The notes under the pieces: model-generated
The model's database searches: none
Told to the model about the DNA's origin: nothing
Seen by the model: only the letters and a program-made list of their open reading frames with translations
Shown: in pieces, positions 18,657 through 29,683 of the stretch
How the letters are laid out: every line of letters begins with the position of its first letter
Numbering within the stretch: position 1 is the stretch's first letter
Source of the DNA: Candidatus Latescibacterota bacterium
Lineage (GTDB): Bacteria > Latescibacterota > UBA2968 > UBA8231
Length of the DNA stretch: 64,000 nt
Direction: 5' to 3'
Assembly (NCBI GenBank): GCA_965243025.1
Contig: CBDETY010000003.1
Coordinates: forward strand, 5,696,001-5,760,000
Program-made: the position numbers and the translations under genes

Positions 18657-19808
18657 ATGTGGTTCTTCGACAAAGCGATAGGGTTCAGATGGGTGGCGCT
18701 CCTGTCTCTGACGGCAGCCATCGGCATGACCGCCAGCGCAAACGCGGAAGAAGGGATGGACCGGGACGACCTTCCCGGCGTCCTCCAGGAGGAGCCTCCG
18801 GTGAAGATCGCAGTGGATGTCGAACCGACGGAGCCAAACCGCGGAACGACCCTGGCATCCTCACTCGAGCCGGTGATGCACACCCTCGGACGGACCGGGT
18901 GGACGCCCGCGCGCATCCAGGGTGTGCTGGGGCATTCGTTCCACTTCCAGATGGCCGAGGGCGGGGCCGTTGTCTACCACGACAACCTCGATTGGAGCCT
19001 GGGCCTGAAGGTCCTGCCGGAGATGGCGGAGTACCGCAGCTACGAGGCCACCAAGGAAAACTCCGGGGAGGAGCGGGCGGCCGCGGTGCGGGAGGCGAGG
19101 GACGCTGTCCGGGCGAGCCTGGATCGCGGCGTTCCCGCGATGGTCTGGAACCCGAGGACGGCCGCGCAGAGAGAGGCCGGACACCCCGGCGGCCGCGGGG
19201 TGTGCTGGGGGATCATCGTCGGCTACGACGAGGCGCAGGAGACCTACTCGATCCGCCATCCCTTCGTGTGGCAGGGGGATTACACGGTCCGCTGGGACGA
19301 GGTGGGGGAATGGATGGGGTCCGAGTGGTTCAGCGTGATGGTTTTCGACGGGGCGAAGAGCGCCGACGACAGGGAGCTGCATCGCATGGCGCTCGAGAAC
19401 GCCGTCTCCTTCGCGGACGGAACACGCCTGGGCAGGCACAAGTGGGCCCAGGGGTTCGACGCCTACGAGCTGTGGCTGGATGCGTTCGCGTCCGCGGATC
19501 TGCCTGATTTCACGCACTATCACGCCAGAATCCTGAGCTGGCGGCGGGAGCTGGCCGCGGAGTATCTCCGCGATCTGGCGGGGATTTTCGAGGCGGCGCG
19601 GGAGCCGCTCGAGGCGGCGGCCGGCCACTACGGCCGCGAGCATGCATCGCTGGCGGATCTGTCGTTGCTGGTCGATGCGGCGCTGACGCGCGGGTTCACG
19701 GAGGATGACCGCGCCGAGGCGGGCCGTCTGTTGCGGCAGGCGCTCGAGGCGGACCGCGCCGCAGTGGATGGGATTCGCAGGGCACTTGCCCTGCTCGACG
19801 AGTACTGA
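18657..19808 (+). CDS. Hypothetical secreted protein
   Basis: Signal-peptide-like N-terminus (..ASANA), high-GC3 codon use, 'SLDRGVPAMVW..WGIIVGYD' reminiscent of C39/BtrH-like folds. Confidence 0.6.
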   Translation: MWFFDKAIGFRWVALLSLTAAIGMTASANAEEGMDRDDLPGVLQEEPPVKIAVDVEPTEPNRGTTLASSLEPVMHTLGRTGWTPARIQGVLGHSFHFQMAEGGAVVYHDNLDWSLGLKVLPEMAEYRSYEATKENSGEERAAAVREARDAVRASLDRGVPAMVWNPRTAAQREAGHPGGRGVCWGIIVGYDEAQETYSIRHPFVWQGDYTVRWDEVGEWMGSEWFSVMVFDGAKSADDRELHRMALENAVSFADGTRLGRHKWAQGFDAYELWLDAFASADLPDFTHYHARILSWRRELAAEYLRDLAGIFEAAREPLEAAAGHYGREHASLADLSLLVDAALTRGFTEDDRAEAGRLLRQALEADRAAVDGIRRALALLDEY

Positions 19809-19864
19809 GGACCTGCGACCCTGGAAGGGATGGTCTTCCCGGGGCGGGAGTTACCGGTTACTTC

Positions 19865-19942
19865 CTGCCAATCCGGCCTCCGAACCGCGCAACGTTGGGC
19901 GAGGGACCGAACGGCCCGAAGCCGGGGGCACGGGGTTAGGCG
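19865..19942 (-). repeat. attC-like site C (R' degenerate)
   Basis: Minus strand CGCCTAAC...GCCCCCG GCTTCGGGCC..TCGCCCAACG..GCGGTT CGGAGGC..ATTGGCAG; homologous to site A. Confidence 0.6.
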
Positions 19943-19949
19943 AAGGAGC

Positions 19950-20042
19950 CTGGCTGCCTCGTGCGTGTCGGTAAAACGTAAATCCCAACCGCCCTCATTT
20001 TTGAATCACCTGTCGATAGGTGGACCCTGAGAGCCGACCCAT
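19950..20042 (-). pseudogene. HicA toxin pseudogene
   Basis: TGATG-coupled to the antitoxin; MGRLSGSTYRQVIQK*GRLGFTFYRHARGSQ with a nonsense codon, breaking off at the GSH position. Confidence 0.7.
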
Positions 20043-20287
20043 CAAACACCTACGGGAATATCTAACTCAACGATTTCCATATTCATCCTGTGCAAGCCAT
20101 CCGGGAGAGCGTCTCCATGCTCCCTACAGGATTCGATTAGTTTTCTTGCCACGTCTTGAGCAATTTCAACCGTTTCAGCCACTGTTCGCCCTTGGGCTAC
20201 CAAGCCGGCGAAATCCTCTGAGGTAGCCAGATACTGATCGTTTTCTACACGTCTGATTTGAAGATGCAGCCGGTATTCCTCCGACAT
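20042..20287 (-). CDS. HicB-like antitoxin
   Basis: YLATSEDFAGLVAQGRTVAETVEIAQDVARKLIES..HGDALP. Confidence 0.8.
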   Translation of the reverse strand: MSEEYRLHLQIRRVENDQYLATSEDFAGLVAQGRTVAETVEIAQDVARKLIESCREHGDALPDGLHRMNMEIVELDIPVGV

Positions 20288-20341
20288 TTTCTACTCTCGT
20301 TTGAGCGATGCTCAATGTGAGGTGGATTTTCTCTGCGCTTT

Positions 20342-20402
20342 CGCCTGACGTTATGCCGGTTTGCGAACCGGGAAGCGGTTGCCGAAGGCCAAAGCGCCAA
20401 AG
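20342..20402 (-). repeat. attC-like site B (distal half only)
   Basis: Minus strand GCTTTGG..CCTTCGGCAACCGCTTCCCGGTTCG..AACGTCAGGCG aligns to the second half of site A. Confidence 0.55.
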
Positions 20403-20421
20403 CGTCGATGATGAATCGCAA
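20401..20421 (-). pseudogene. Stub of a DUF5615 PIN-like toxin (MRFIIDA)
   Basis: TTG 6 nt after the DUF433 stop encodes MRFIIDA and runs directly into attC half-site B. Confidence 0.5.
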
Positions 20422-20427
20422 ACCGAC

Positions 20428-20652
20428 TTAAGAAACTGGTAGAGGATGAGCTTCTTCTGCTTCTACGAGCTCCTCAGCGTACTCAAGGGCTGCCCGTACA
20501 TCCGCCTCTACAATGCCATATTCCTCACAGACTTCATCTGGGGTTGCTCCACCTGCAAGGCTCCCGATAATTCGGTGCACTGGCACTCGGGTCCCCCGCA
20601 CCACAGGCTTGCCATGACGGATCGAAGGATCGATCATGATTCGTTCATTCAT
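20428..20652 (-). CDS. DUF433 family antitoxin
   Basis: RIMIDPSIRHGKPVVRGTRVPV..L..G....EV.EEY..I...DVRAALEYA. Confidence 0.9.
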   Translation of the reverse strand: MNERIMIDPSIRHGKPVVRGTRVPVHRIIGSLAGGATPDEVCEEYGIVEADVRAALEYAEELVEAEEAHPLPVS

Positions 20653-20704
20653 TCTATGACCTCCATTCTTTTACTTCACGCATACGAAACATGACTCCCA
20701 TTTT

Positions 20705-20790
20705 CACATAACGTTCTCGCCGTGCCCGAACCGCGAAGCGGTTGGGCGAAGGGCCCTATTGCCCGAAGCCGGGCACGGACGTGTTATGTG
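20705..20790 (-). repeat. attC-like site A (complete, 86 bp)
   Basis: Minus strand CACATAAC-ACGT-CCGTGCCCG...CGGGCACGG-CGAGAAC-GTTATGTG: perfect 8-bp outer and 9-bp inner inverted repeats with AAC/GTT cores. Confidence 0.7.
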
Positions 20791-20829
20791 CCCGTTGCTT
20801 GCCCTCTCGGTACGATCAGTGCGGGTTCC

Positions 20830-21924
20830 TTAGGCTTCCTCTGCGTATTCCTCAAGCACTGCGTCCGACAGATAGGAAAGGTGCTGCTCGTCAGATACTT
20901 CTCTCACGCTATCGTAAGAGATAAAGGAACAGATCTCCGACAGCGGAGCACGTTCGAGTAATGAAAAGACCGGCCGCTGAATTTCTTGCAGAACCTTCTC
21001 CTTTCGACCGTACGGGGCAACAATGTGAAGGCGGATGTCCATGTTTGGCTGAAGTGCCAGCAAGTCCGCCATTCGGAGTATCCCGGAATAAATCGCTGTT
21101 GAGTGTTCAACTTCGAAGGCCCTGACAATTGATCTACGCCGCAACCAAAGTACATCAATTTGTTCAATTGTCTTCAAGGTGGTTTCGTCGTAATTCAGTG
21201 GCAGTGCATCCAACAACACTCCCTCGTCTGGCGCCCACTCCTGGATAATATTGGAGCGATCGCTACGTGGAAGCCAGACTGTGAATCCCATGGCCTCCCC
21301 AATCCGAGCTAGGAGTGCCTGTATCTGATAGGATTCACGAATAGTTTGTTCATCTCGCGCGTCTTCCTCTGACTCGTCCTCCTGAGGTACGGAGACAGAA
21401 ACCACCTTGTCTTCCCGCCGGATTCTCTGTCCAACCAGCTTCCGGTAGTGTTCCTCGTCCAATTCGTATGTGTGTCCACCTATTTTCTGGCGTTCCAGCA
21501 ACTCTTCTAAGAACCGGCCGTCTTCCTCGGATAGAGGATTAAGGCTGTTTCGCATTTTGCCGGTCCAATGCGAGCTGTTCTTTTCGTAGCTCTGAGTGAA
21601 TGAAAGAGCCTCCCAAACGTGGTCCTCGTGAATCGGGACAGCCTTCTCCTTGGGCAGCCAAACCTGCGGTTTTACACGAAATCGGATCACGAAGGGGTCA
21701 TCCTCAGGATAGAATAGAGGCGTGTTACCCTCGAAGTATTCGCTTGTGACCTCCAGGATACCCACCCAGCGGGAAAGCTTGGTTACGTAGCAAACAAGCT
21801 TGTCACCACGCCCGATCTGGCTCGCGGCGTTCTTCTGGCGTGGTCTGAACCCGGAGATGCTCTGATCTGATTGGGTAAAAGCCTCGTATGTCTCAGGCGA
21901 AAAGAGATCGGTGTAATAAGCCAT
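20830..21924 (-). CDS. EVE-domain + PD-(D/E)xK-like nuclease (candidate modification-dependent restriction enzyme)
   Basis: N-terminal IGRGDKLVCYV..WVGILEVTS EVE pattern; C-terminal IDVLW...AFEVEHSTAIYSGILRMADL; lower GC than flanks. Confidence 0.75.
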   Translation of the reverse strand: MAYYTDLFSPETYEAFTQSDQSISGFRPRQKNAASQIGRGDKLVCYVTKLSRWVGILEVTSEYFEGNTPLFYPEDDPFVIRFRVKPQVWLPKEKAVPIHEDHVWEALSFTQSYEKNSSHWTGKMRNSLNPLSEEDGRFLEELLERQKIGGHTYELDEEHYRKLVGQRIRREDKVVSVSVPQEDESEEDARDEQTIRESYQIQALLARIGEAMGFTVWLPRSDRSNIIQEWAPDEGVLLDALPLNYDETTLKTIEQIDVLWLRRRSIVRAFEVEHSTAIYSGILRMADLLALQPNMDIRLHIVAPYGRKEKVLQEIQRPVFSLLERAPLSEICSFISYDSVREVSDEQHLSYLSDAVLEEYAEEA

Positions 21925-22009
21925 ATTGATACTCGTGTGGTGGTTTCAGAGCTGTTGAATCATTCTCGAAACGAATGACAAAAAAGCTGCAATGGCACAT
22001 AACTACCGA

Positions 22010-22160
22010 TTAACGATCGGCGTTCACTTCGAGTTGGACCCCCCTCGTGCTGCTGAATCCGGCTGATGACCTCGAACAGGTTGCGGGTGTGGGGATTGCC
22101 GGACGGTCCGAACATGCGCATCAGACTCTTGGGCGGCTTGAAGTCACGGGTAAGCGGCAT
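22010..22160 (-). pseudogene. Internally deleted addiction-module antidote / HTH regulator
   Basis: MPLTRDFK joined directly to PPKSLMRMFGPSGNPHTRNLFEVISRIQQHEG; middle missing, frameshift in a C-run. Confidence 0.6.
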
Positions 22161-22207
22161 GGTTCATTTCTCTTGACCGCGCCGGGGGTGGGGTGTGCTG
22201 CGGTTGC

Positions 22208-22416
22208 TCAAGCGCTTAACGATCGCGCCACGGTTTCGGGATTTTCCGAAGCAATCTTGAGCAGAGCTCGGGCAGGACCCTCCGGACGGCGGCGTCCCTG
22301 CTCCCAATTCTGCAGGGGTCCATCTGAACCGTGCGTCCTGGCTTCAGCTTGCCTCGCTTGATCGCTCCGGCCTGCTTGACGCTGGCTGCAAGTTGGTCAA
22401 AGTCGCGCTCATTCAT
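22208..22416 (-). pseudogene. NadS/HigA-like XRE antitoxin with internal deletion
   Basis: MNERDFDQLAASVKQAGAIKRGKLKPGR then, in another frame, LQNWEQGRRRPEGPARALLKIASENPETV. Confidence 0.65.
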
Positions 22417-22453
22417 ACCAGATAGGTTACCTCCTTCCGGAGATCTTGGAAAT

Positions 22454-22705
22454 TCAGCTCGCTGCGTGTAATTCCTCGCGCAATACTCGACGCAGAGTAT
22501 CCTCGTCAACAGGAGGCTTCCTCTTCCCAAGGTAATCTCTCAATGCCTCGTTGATCATGGTTTGATAACCTGTTCCCGCCTCTTCGGAAAATGAACGAAA
22601 GGCATCCAGGACGTCGTTATCTACATACATGGTTATTCGCGTTTTTCCTCTTTGCGGGACTACTGCCCCTCGTCTCCCACGGCTGAAATCATATTCCTGT
22701 TTCAT
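22454..22705 (-). CDS. BrnA antitoxin
   Basis: MKQEYDFSRGRRG..KTRITMYVDNDVLDAFR...GYQTMINEALR. Confidence 0.9.
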   Translation of the reverse strand: MKQEYDFSRGRRGAVVPQRGKTRITMYVDNDVLDAFRSFSEEAGTGYQTMINEALRDYLGKRKPPVDEDTLRRVLREELHAAS

Positions 22706-22961
22706 AGGTTTTCTTTTCTCTCCGAGTCGCTGGTCTCGCGGAAATTATCCTTATGGTTCCTTCGTAAACTGCGTATACAACCACGAGGGTCCGCCCCAAA
22801 GCATCCAAACCAACAGTAACCTGCCGATCTTCGAACACCTCTCGATCATCTGCAACCGTCAAGGCATAGGGATCAAAGAGTACCGATTCAGCGTCTGAGA
22901 ACGATACGCCGTGCTTGGCAAGGTTAATCTTGGCTTTTACTGGATCCCATTCGATGTCCAT
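22689..22961 (-). CDS. BrnT ribonuclease toxin
   Basis: EWDPVKAKINLAKHGVSF..EDR..IRIISARPATRRE. Confidence 0.92.
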   Translation of the reverse strand: MDIEWDPVKAKINLAKHGVSFSDAESVLFDPYALTVADDREVFEDRQVTVGLDALGRTLVVVYAVYEGTIRIISARPATRREKKTYETGI

Positions 22962-22968
22962 CGCCAGA

Positions 22969-22991
22969 ATATATGCATAATATGCATATAT
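22969..22991. promoter_or_regulatory. Perfect palindrome upstream of brnT (probable autoregulatory operator)
   Basis: ATATATGCATA-A-TATGCATATAT, 7 nt from the start codon. Confidence 0.7.
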
Positions 22992-23166
22992 CGCAATGGT
23001 CGAGAGCGGGGGAGGGGAGTAGCCACCTACTGTTTACAGCAATGACGTAGAACTGCCGATTACTGAACCCGGTTCACTTCGAGTTGAACACCCTCGTGTT
23101 GCTGAATCCGGCTGATGATCTCGAAAAGGTTGCGGACTCTGCGGACCGAGCCGGCTGTAGAACCGG

Positions 23167-24870
<1,704 letters not shown>

Positions 24871-24890
24871 GGGATCGGAATGGCGGCGGG

Positions 24891-25820
24891 CTAGCGGATC
24901 AGCCAGGGGGCGTCCGGCGGGCTGAACTCGTCCTTGGGAGGCAGGAACTGGCGCAGGTGCCGGCAGCCGTAGGCGAACCCATCTAGGCCGGGCATGCCGC
25001 GGTCCTCGTTCTCGCAGCAGAGGACGTAGTCGTACCCCGATTCGACCAGGGCGTTGGTGATCTTCGCCCAGTCGAGATCGCCGCGGCCCGGCACGCGGTA
25101 CTGCCACCACCAGTTGCCGATGACGCCCTGGCGGTAGAGCATGCGCGGGCTCACCTCGCAGTCCTTGACGTCGGCGAAGTACCACTTGCCGGAGTACTCG
25201 CGGATGACGTCCTCTGCCGGCAGCATCATCATCCAGACCCAGTGCGAGGGATCGCAGGAAAGGCCGATGAAGTCGGAGGGAACCGCGTCGAGGATGCGGT
25301 CCCACATCTCCGGGTTGCAGCCGATGTTCCCCATGCGCACGGCCACGTCGAGGGCGATTTTGACGCCGGTCTCCTCGGCTTCGCGGGCGATCGGGGTGAA
25401 CATCTCCCGGTAGCGTTCGACCAGCTCGTCGCAGCGGTCGGTCGGGTTGCCCGGTGGGGAGGAGTACATGCCGTAGAAGACGCCGTTCCTGACCGGGGCG
25501 CCGCTGCCGGTGATCACCACCGGGCACTCGAGCGCCGCGGACGAGCGCAGCGCCTTCTTCAGGCGCAGCGACTCCCTCTCGCGGATCTCGGGGTCGTCGT
25601 CGAGGAGGTTGCAGTGGGCGGCGATGCAGGAGAGGTAGAGGTCGCTGCCGGAGAGGGTCTCGCGCACCTCGGCGGGTCCTTCGGTGAGGATCCGGTCGGA
25701 GTCGAGCACGCCGTTGTCGGTCAGGCGCACGCAGTCGAAATCGTGCGCCCTTGCCCAGGCGGCGCACTGTTCGAGGCTCCAGCCGCCGGCTCCCGCGGTG
25801 GTGTAGAAGCTGATGTCCAT
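24891..25820 (-). CDS. Sugar phosphate isomerase/epimerase (xylose isomerase-like TIM barrel)
   Basis: [28 protein letters not shown] motifs. Confidence 0.8.
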   Translation of the reverse strand: MDISFYTTAGAGGWSLEQCAAWARAHDFDCVRLTDNGVLDSDRILTEGPAEVRETLSGSDLYLSCIAAHCNLLDDDPEIRERESLRLKKALRSSAALECPVVITGSGAPVRNGVFYGMYSSPPGNPTDRCDELVERYREMFTPIAREAEETGVKIALDVAVRMGNIGCNPEMWDRILDAVPSDFIGLSCDPSHWVWMMMLPAEDVIREYSGKWYFADVKDCEVSPRMLYRQGVIGNWWWQYRVPGRGDLDWAKITNALVESGYDYVLCCENEDRGMPGLDGFAYGCRHLRQFLPPKDEFSPPDAPWLIR

Positions 25821-25942
25821 CGAGGTTCGGGGGTTTCTCTGGAAAGAGCGGCGGAGCTTGAGCCCGCTCGGCGCGGGGCCCTAGATTGGAGTTCCCTTCC
25901 GCCGCAAATGAGTGACGAACTGAATTAAAGAAAGGCCCTGGC

Positions 25943-27169
25943 ATGGCTCTCATCAACGAACATTACCTGAAGCTCACCGCCGGATACCTGTTCCCGGAGA
26001 TCGCGCGCCGCACCGGCGCCTTCCAGGAGAAGAACCCCGGCGCCGACGTCATCCGCATGGGGATCGGCGACGTGGTCAAGGGGATCCCCCGGGTCGTCGC
26101 CGAGGCGATGAAGGAGGCGGTCGAGGAGATGGCGCACGACGAGTCGTTCCAGGGCTACCCCCCGGGCGAGGGGTACGACTTCCTGATCGATGCCATCGTC
26201 GAGCACGAGTACGCCTGCCGCGGGGTCGAGGTCGCCGCCGACGAGGTGATCGTGTCGGACGGCTCCAAGTGCGACTCGGCCAACATCCAGGAGATCTTCG
26301 CCATCGACAACACCGTCGCCCTCACCGACCCCGTCTACCCCGTGTACTGCGACAGCAACGTCATGGCGGGCCGCACCGGGAACGCCGGGGAGGACGGCCG
26401 CTACGCCGGGCTGGTTTACCTGCCCTGCACGGTTGAGTCCGGGTTTCTGCCGCCGCTTCCCGACCGCCGCGTCGACCTGGTGTATCTCTGCTCGCCCAAC
26501 AACCCGACGGGTGCGGTGATGCCGCGCGAGGTGCTGGCCGAGTGGGTCGCGTACGCCCGCGACGAGAAGGCCGTCCTCTTCTTCGACGCCGCGTACGAGG
26601 GGTACATCTCCGACCCGGGGATACCGCACTCGATCTACGAGATCGACGGAGCCCGCGAGGTAGCCGTCGAGATGCGCTCGTTCTCGAAGAGCGCCGGTTT
26701 CACCGGCCTGCGCTGCGCCTTCACCGTGGTTCCCAAAGAGCTGCGCGCCTTCTCCGAATCGGGGGAGGGCCACTCCCTGCACGCCGCCTGGGTGCGCCGG
26801 CACAACACCAAGTTCAACGGGGTCTCCTACCCCGTGCAGCGGGGGGCCGCGGCTTCTTACTCGCCGGAGGGCCGCCGCGCCACCGCGGAGACGATCGCCT
26901 TCTACATGGAGAACGCGCGGCTGATGAAGGAGCGCCTGTCCGCCTGCGGGTACGCGGTGTACGGCGGGGAAAACGCCCCCTACTTGTGGATCACCACCCC
27001 GGAGGGGACGGACAGCTGGGGATTCTTCGACCTGCTGCTCGAAGAGGCCCACGTCGTCGGCACGCCCGGCTCCGGGTTCGGGGCCGCCGGGGAGGGGTAC
27101 CTGCGCCTGTCCGCCTTCCAGCACCGGGAGGCGGTCGAGGAGGCCCTGACCCGCATCGCCGCTCTCTGA
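25943..27169 (+). CDS. dapL: LL-diaminopimelate aminotransferase
   Basis: [45 protein letters not shown]. Confidence 0.95.
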   Translation: MALINEHYLKLTAGYLFPEIARRTGAFQEKNPGADVIRMGIGDVVKGIPRVVAEAMKEAVEEMAHDESFQGYPPGEGYDFLIDAIVEHEYACRGVEVAADEVIVSDGSKCDSANIQEIFAIDNTVALTDPVYPVYCDSNVMAGRTGNAGEDGRYAGLVYLPCTVESGFLPPLPDRRVDLVYLCSPNNPTGAVMPREVLAEWVAYARDEKAVLFFDAAYEGYISDPGIPHSIYEIDGAREVAVEMRSFSKSAGFTGLRCAFTVVPKELRAFSESGEGHSLHAAWVRRHNTKFNGVSYPVQRGAAASYSPEGRRATAETIAFYMENARLMKERLSACGYAVYGGENAPYLWITTPEGTDSWGFFDLLLEEAHVVGTPGSGFGAAGEGYLRLSAFQHREAVEEALTRIAAL

Positions 27170-27262
27170 TAGTTCCGGAGGCTCTCCGGGTCCGGCCGCG
27201 ATCCGGAAAGCCCCGGAGTCAGCTGAGGAAATCCCGGAAACAGCTGAAAATGTGTCAGGGGG

Positions 27263-27320
27263 TTGACAGTTCCGTGTCGAAGCCGGTACACTAGGAAATC
27301 CGAAATAAACAATTATTATT
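27263..27320 (+). promoter_or_regulatory. Sigma70-like promoter plus AT-rich motif upstream of the RHH-nadA operon
   Basis: TTGACA (27263)-18 bp-TACACT (27287), then GAAATAAACAATTATTATT (27302-27320). Confidence 0.6.
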
Positions 27321-27407
27321 CATTAATTAACCGGTTTCGCCGGACGAATACCGGAAAATTCATTCGGAATGCAACATCACCTGCAAACAGGAAAGACGAA
27401 GGGATCG

Positions 27408-27602
27408 ATGAACGGAAAGGCGAGGTCGAGGACTTTCTCGGCGACCGAGAGAGACTTCGACATGCTCGAAGCAGTGGCCCGCTACCACGGCTCGAGCAAG
27501 AGCGCGGCGATCGCGGGACTCATCCGCAAGGAGTTCTGGCGCGTGTTTCCGCACGGGACCGAGGAGATCGCCCCTGACCCGGGAGCCAAGGTGGAATCAT
27601 GA
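27408..27602 (+). CDS. Small ribbon-helix-helix (CopG-like) protein
   Basis: SRTFSATERDFDMLEAVARYHGSSKSAAIAGLIRKE; ATGA overlap with nadA. Confidence 0.6.
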   Translation: MNGKARSRTFSATERDFDMLEAVARYHGSSKSAAIAGLIRKEFWRVFPHGTEEIAPDPGAKVES

Positions 27603-28585
27603 GCCAGGTCGAAACCGCCGGCGTCGCCGGACACTACCACTACACCGACCTGCCGCACGCGGAGCTGGTCGCCCAGATCGACCGCCTGCGTCAGGAGAAG
27701 AACGCCGTCATCCTCGCCCACAACTACCAGGTCCCCGAGGTCCAGGACATCGCCGATTTCACCGGCGATTCGCTCGGGCTCTCGGTGGAGGCGAGCCGCA
27801 CCGCGGCGGACCTGATCGTCTTCTGCGGCGTCCACTTCATGGCCGAGTCGGCCAAGATCCTCAGCCCTGAAAAGACCGTGCTGCTGCCGCATCTGGGGGC
27901 CGGCTGCGCCCTGTCGGACTCGATCACGCCTGAGAGCCTCGAGGAGTGGAAGGAAGCCTACCCCGATCACACGGTGGTCACCTACGTCAACTCCTCGGCG
28001 GAGGTGAAGGCGGAGTCCGACATCTGCTGCACCTCGGCCAACGCCGTCTCCGTGGTCCGCAGCCTCGACAGCGGCAAGGTGCTGTTCACCCCGGACCGCA
28101 ACCTCGGCCGCTGGGTTGCCGAGCAGGTTCCGGAGAAGGAGGTGGCGATCTACGACGGCGTCTGCCCGACCCACGACGTGCTGCGGCAGGCGAGCGTCGA
28201 GCGCACCCGGGGGGAGCACCCGGAAGCGGTGATCATCGCGCACCCTGAATGCCGCGAGGACGTGGTGGCCGCCGCCCACGAGGTCTGCTCGACGACGGGC
28301 ATGCTCGACGCCGTCGGGCGCTACCCGGACGCGGAGACCTTCATCATCGCCACCGAGAGCGGCATCATCCACCAGCTCAAGAAGCGCTACCCCGGCAAGG
28401 AGTTCGTGCCGGCCGACGGCTGCATCGGCTGCCGCCTGCACTGTCCCTACATGAAGGTCACCGGGCTGCAGGACGTGTACTTCTCGCTGGCGGACGAGCG
28501 CTACGAGATCGAGCTGGACGACGACGTGATCGAGGGGGCGCGGCGCTCCCTCGAACGGATGATGGCGGTGCCGAGAGACAACTGA
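27599..28585 (+). CDS. nadA: Quinolinate synthase
   Basis: ILAHNYQ, GDSL, FCGVHFMAE, YVNSSA, CTSANA, AHPEC, CPYMK. Confidence 0.97.
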   Translation: MSQVETAGVAGHYHYTDLPHAELVAQIDRLRQEKNAVILAHNYQVPEVQDIADFTGDSLGLSVEASRTAADLIVFCGVHFMAESAKILSPEKTVLLPHLGAGCALSDSITPESLEEWKEAYPDHTVVTYVNSSAEVKAESDICCTSANAVSVVRSLDSGKVLFTPDRNLGRWVAEQVPEKEVAIYDGVCPTHDVLRQASVERTRGEHPEAVIIAHPECREDVVAAAHEVCSTTGMLDAVGRYPDAETFIIATESGIIHQLKKRYPGKEFVPADGCIGCRLHCPYMKVTGLQDVYFSLADERYEIELDDDVIEGARRSLERMMAVPRDN

Positions 28586-28768
28586 TCCGGGGGATGTCCG
28601 GGCGGCCGGGCTGACGTCGGGGTTGTTCGACCCCGGACCGCCGGGGACGTCAGCCGCGCCGAGGGCCGGTTGTTCCGAAACCGGACCCCGTGAAGTCAGC
28701 CGGGACAGGGCCGGTTTTTTCGAGCTCGAGTCCCCGGGCTTTCAGCACCTATTTTCGCGCATGCCTCG

Positions 28769-28795
28769 ACGCCGCCGGCTTCGGCGGCGTTTTTT
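28769..28795 (+). terminator. Rho-independent terminator
   Basis: ACGCCGCCG-GCTT-CGGCGGCGT followed by TTTTT. Confidence 0.7.
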
Positions 28796-28825
28796 GTGCC
28801 CTTCCACAAGCGAGGAGTTCAAACC

Positions 28826-29683
28826 ATGAGAGTTGGATCGGGTGATTTCGTGTACGAGTACGACGGGGACTGGCCGCGGCTTCCTGCCGACATCGAGCTG
28901 GGTTGGGTGGCCGCCGTGGCCGTAGATGCCGACGACAGGGTGTACGTGTACAGCCGCAGCGAGGTGCCGATGGTGGTGTTCGACCGGGAGGGGAACTTCC
29001 TCGACGGCTGGCGCACCCTCGACGCGCAGGCCGCCCACGGGTTGAACATCGACGCCGGCGGCAGCCTCTGGTGCACGGAGTACGATATCCACTGCGTCCG
29101 CAAGATGTCGCCGTCGGGAGAGGAGCTGCTGACCATCGGAACTCCCGGGGCGGCGGGTGCCGAGGGGGAACCGTTCCGGCGTCCGACCGACGTCGCCTTC
29201 GACTCGCAGGGGTTTCTCTACATATCGGACGGGTACGACAACGCCCGCGTCCACAAGTACTCGGCCGGCGGCCAGCTGCTCAAATCATGGGGGGAGCCGG
29301 GCACCGGCCGGGGGCAGTTCGACATCTCGCACTGCGTCCGCGTCGACCCCGACGACCGGGTCATGGTCTGCGACCGCTCCAACGACCGCATCCAGATTTT
29401 CGACACCGAGGGGAACTACCTCGAGGAGTGGGGGGACCTCAGCGAGCCGGACACCATCCACATCGACGGCGACGGCATTGTCTACGTCGCCGAGCTCAAC
29501 CAGCGCGTCAGCATCTACAACCTGCGGGGTGAGCTTCTGTGCCGCTGGGGCCGCGCGGAGCGCACCGATACCCCGGGCGAGTTCAAGGGCTGCCCCCACG
29601 GCATCTGGACCGACTCGCGGGGCGACCTCTACATCAGCGAGGTGCAGACCGACGGCCGGGTGCAGAAGTTCGTGCGCCAGTGA
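28826..29683 (+). CDS. NHL-repeat beta-propeller (PAL-like family)
   Basis: Repeats such as FRRPTDVAFDSQGFLYISDGYDNARVHKYS and GQFDISHCVRVDPDDRVMVCDRSNDRIQIFD; GAGGAG RBS. Confidence 0.85.
   Translation: MRVGSGDFVYEYDGDWPRLPADIELGWVAAVAVDADDRVYVYSRSEVPMVVFDREGNFLDGWRTLDAQAAHGLNIDAGGSLWCTEYDIHCVRKMSPSGEELLTIGTPGAAGAEGEPFRRPTDVAFDSQGFLYISDGYDNARVHKYSAGGQLLKSWGEPGTGRGQFDISHCVRVDPDDRVMVCDRSNDRIQIFDTEGNYLEEWGDLSEPDTIHIDGDGIVYVAELNQRVSIYNLRGELLCRWGRAERTDTPGEFKGCPHGIWTDSRGDLYISEVQTDGRVQKFVRQ

Noticed and set aside
27293-27407. NAD riboswitch in the nadA leader
   Set aside because: No convincing conserved fold visible by eye; an Rfam search would be needed
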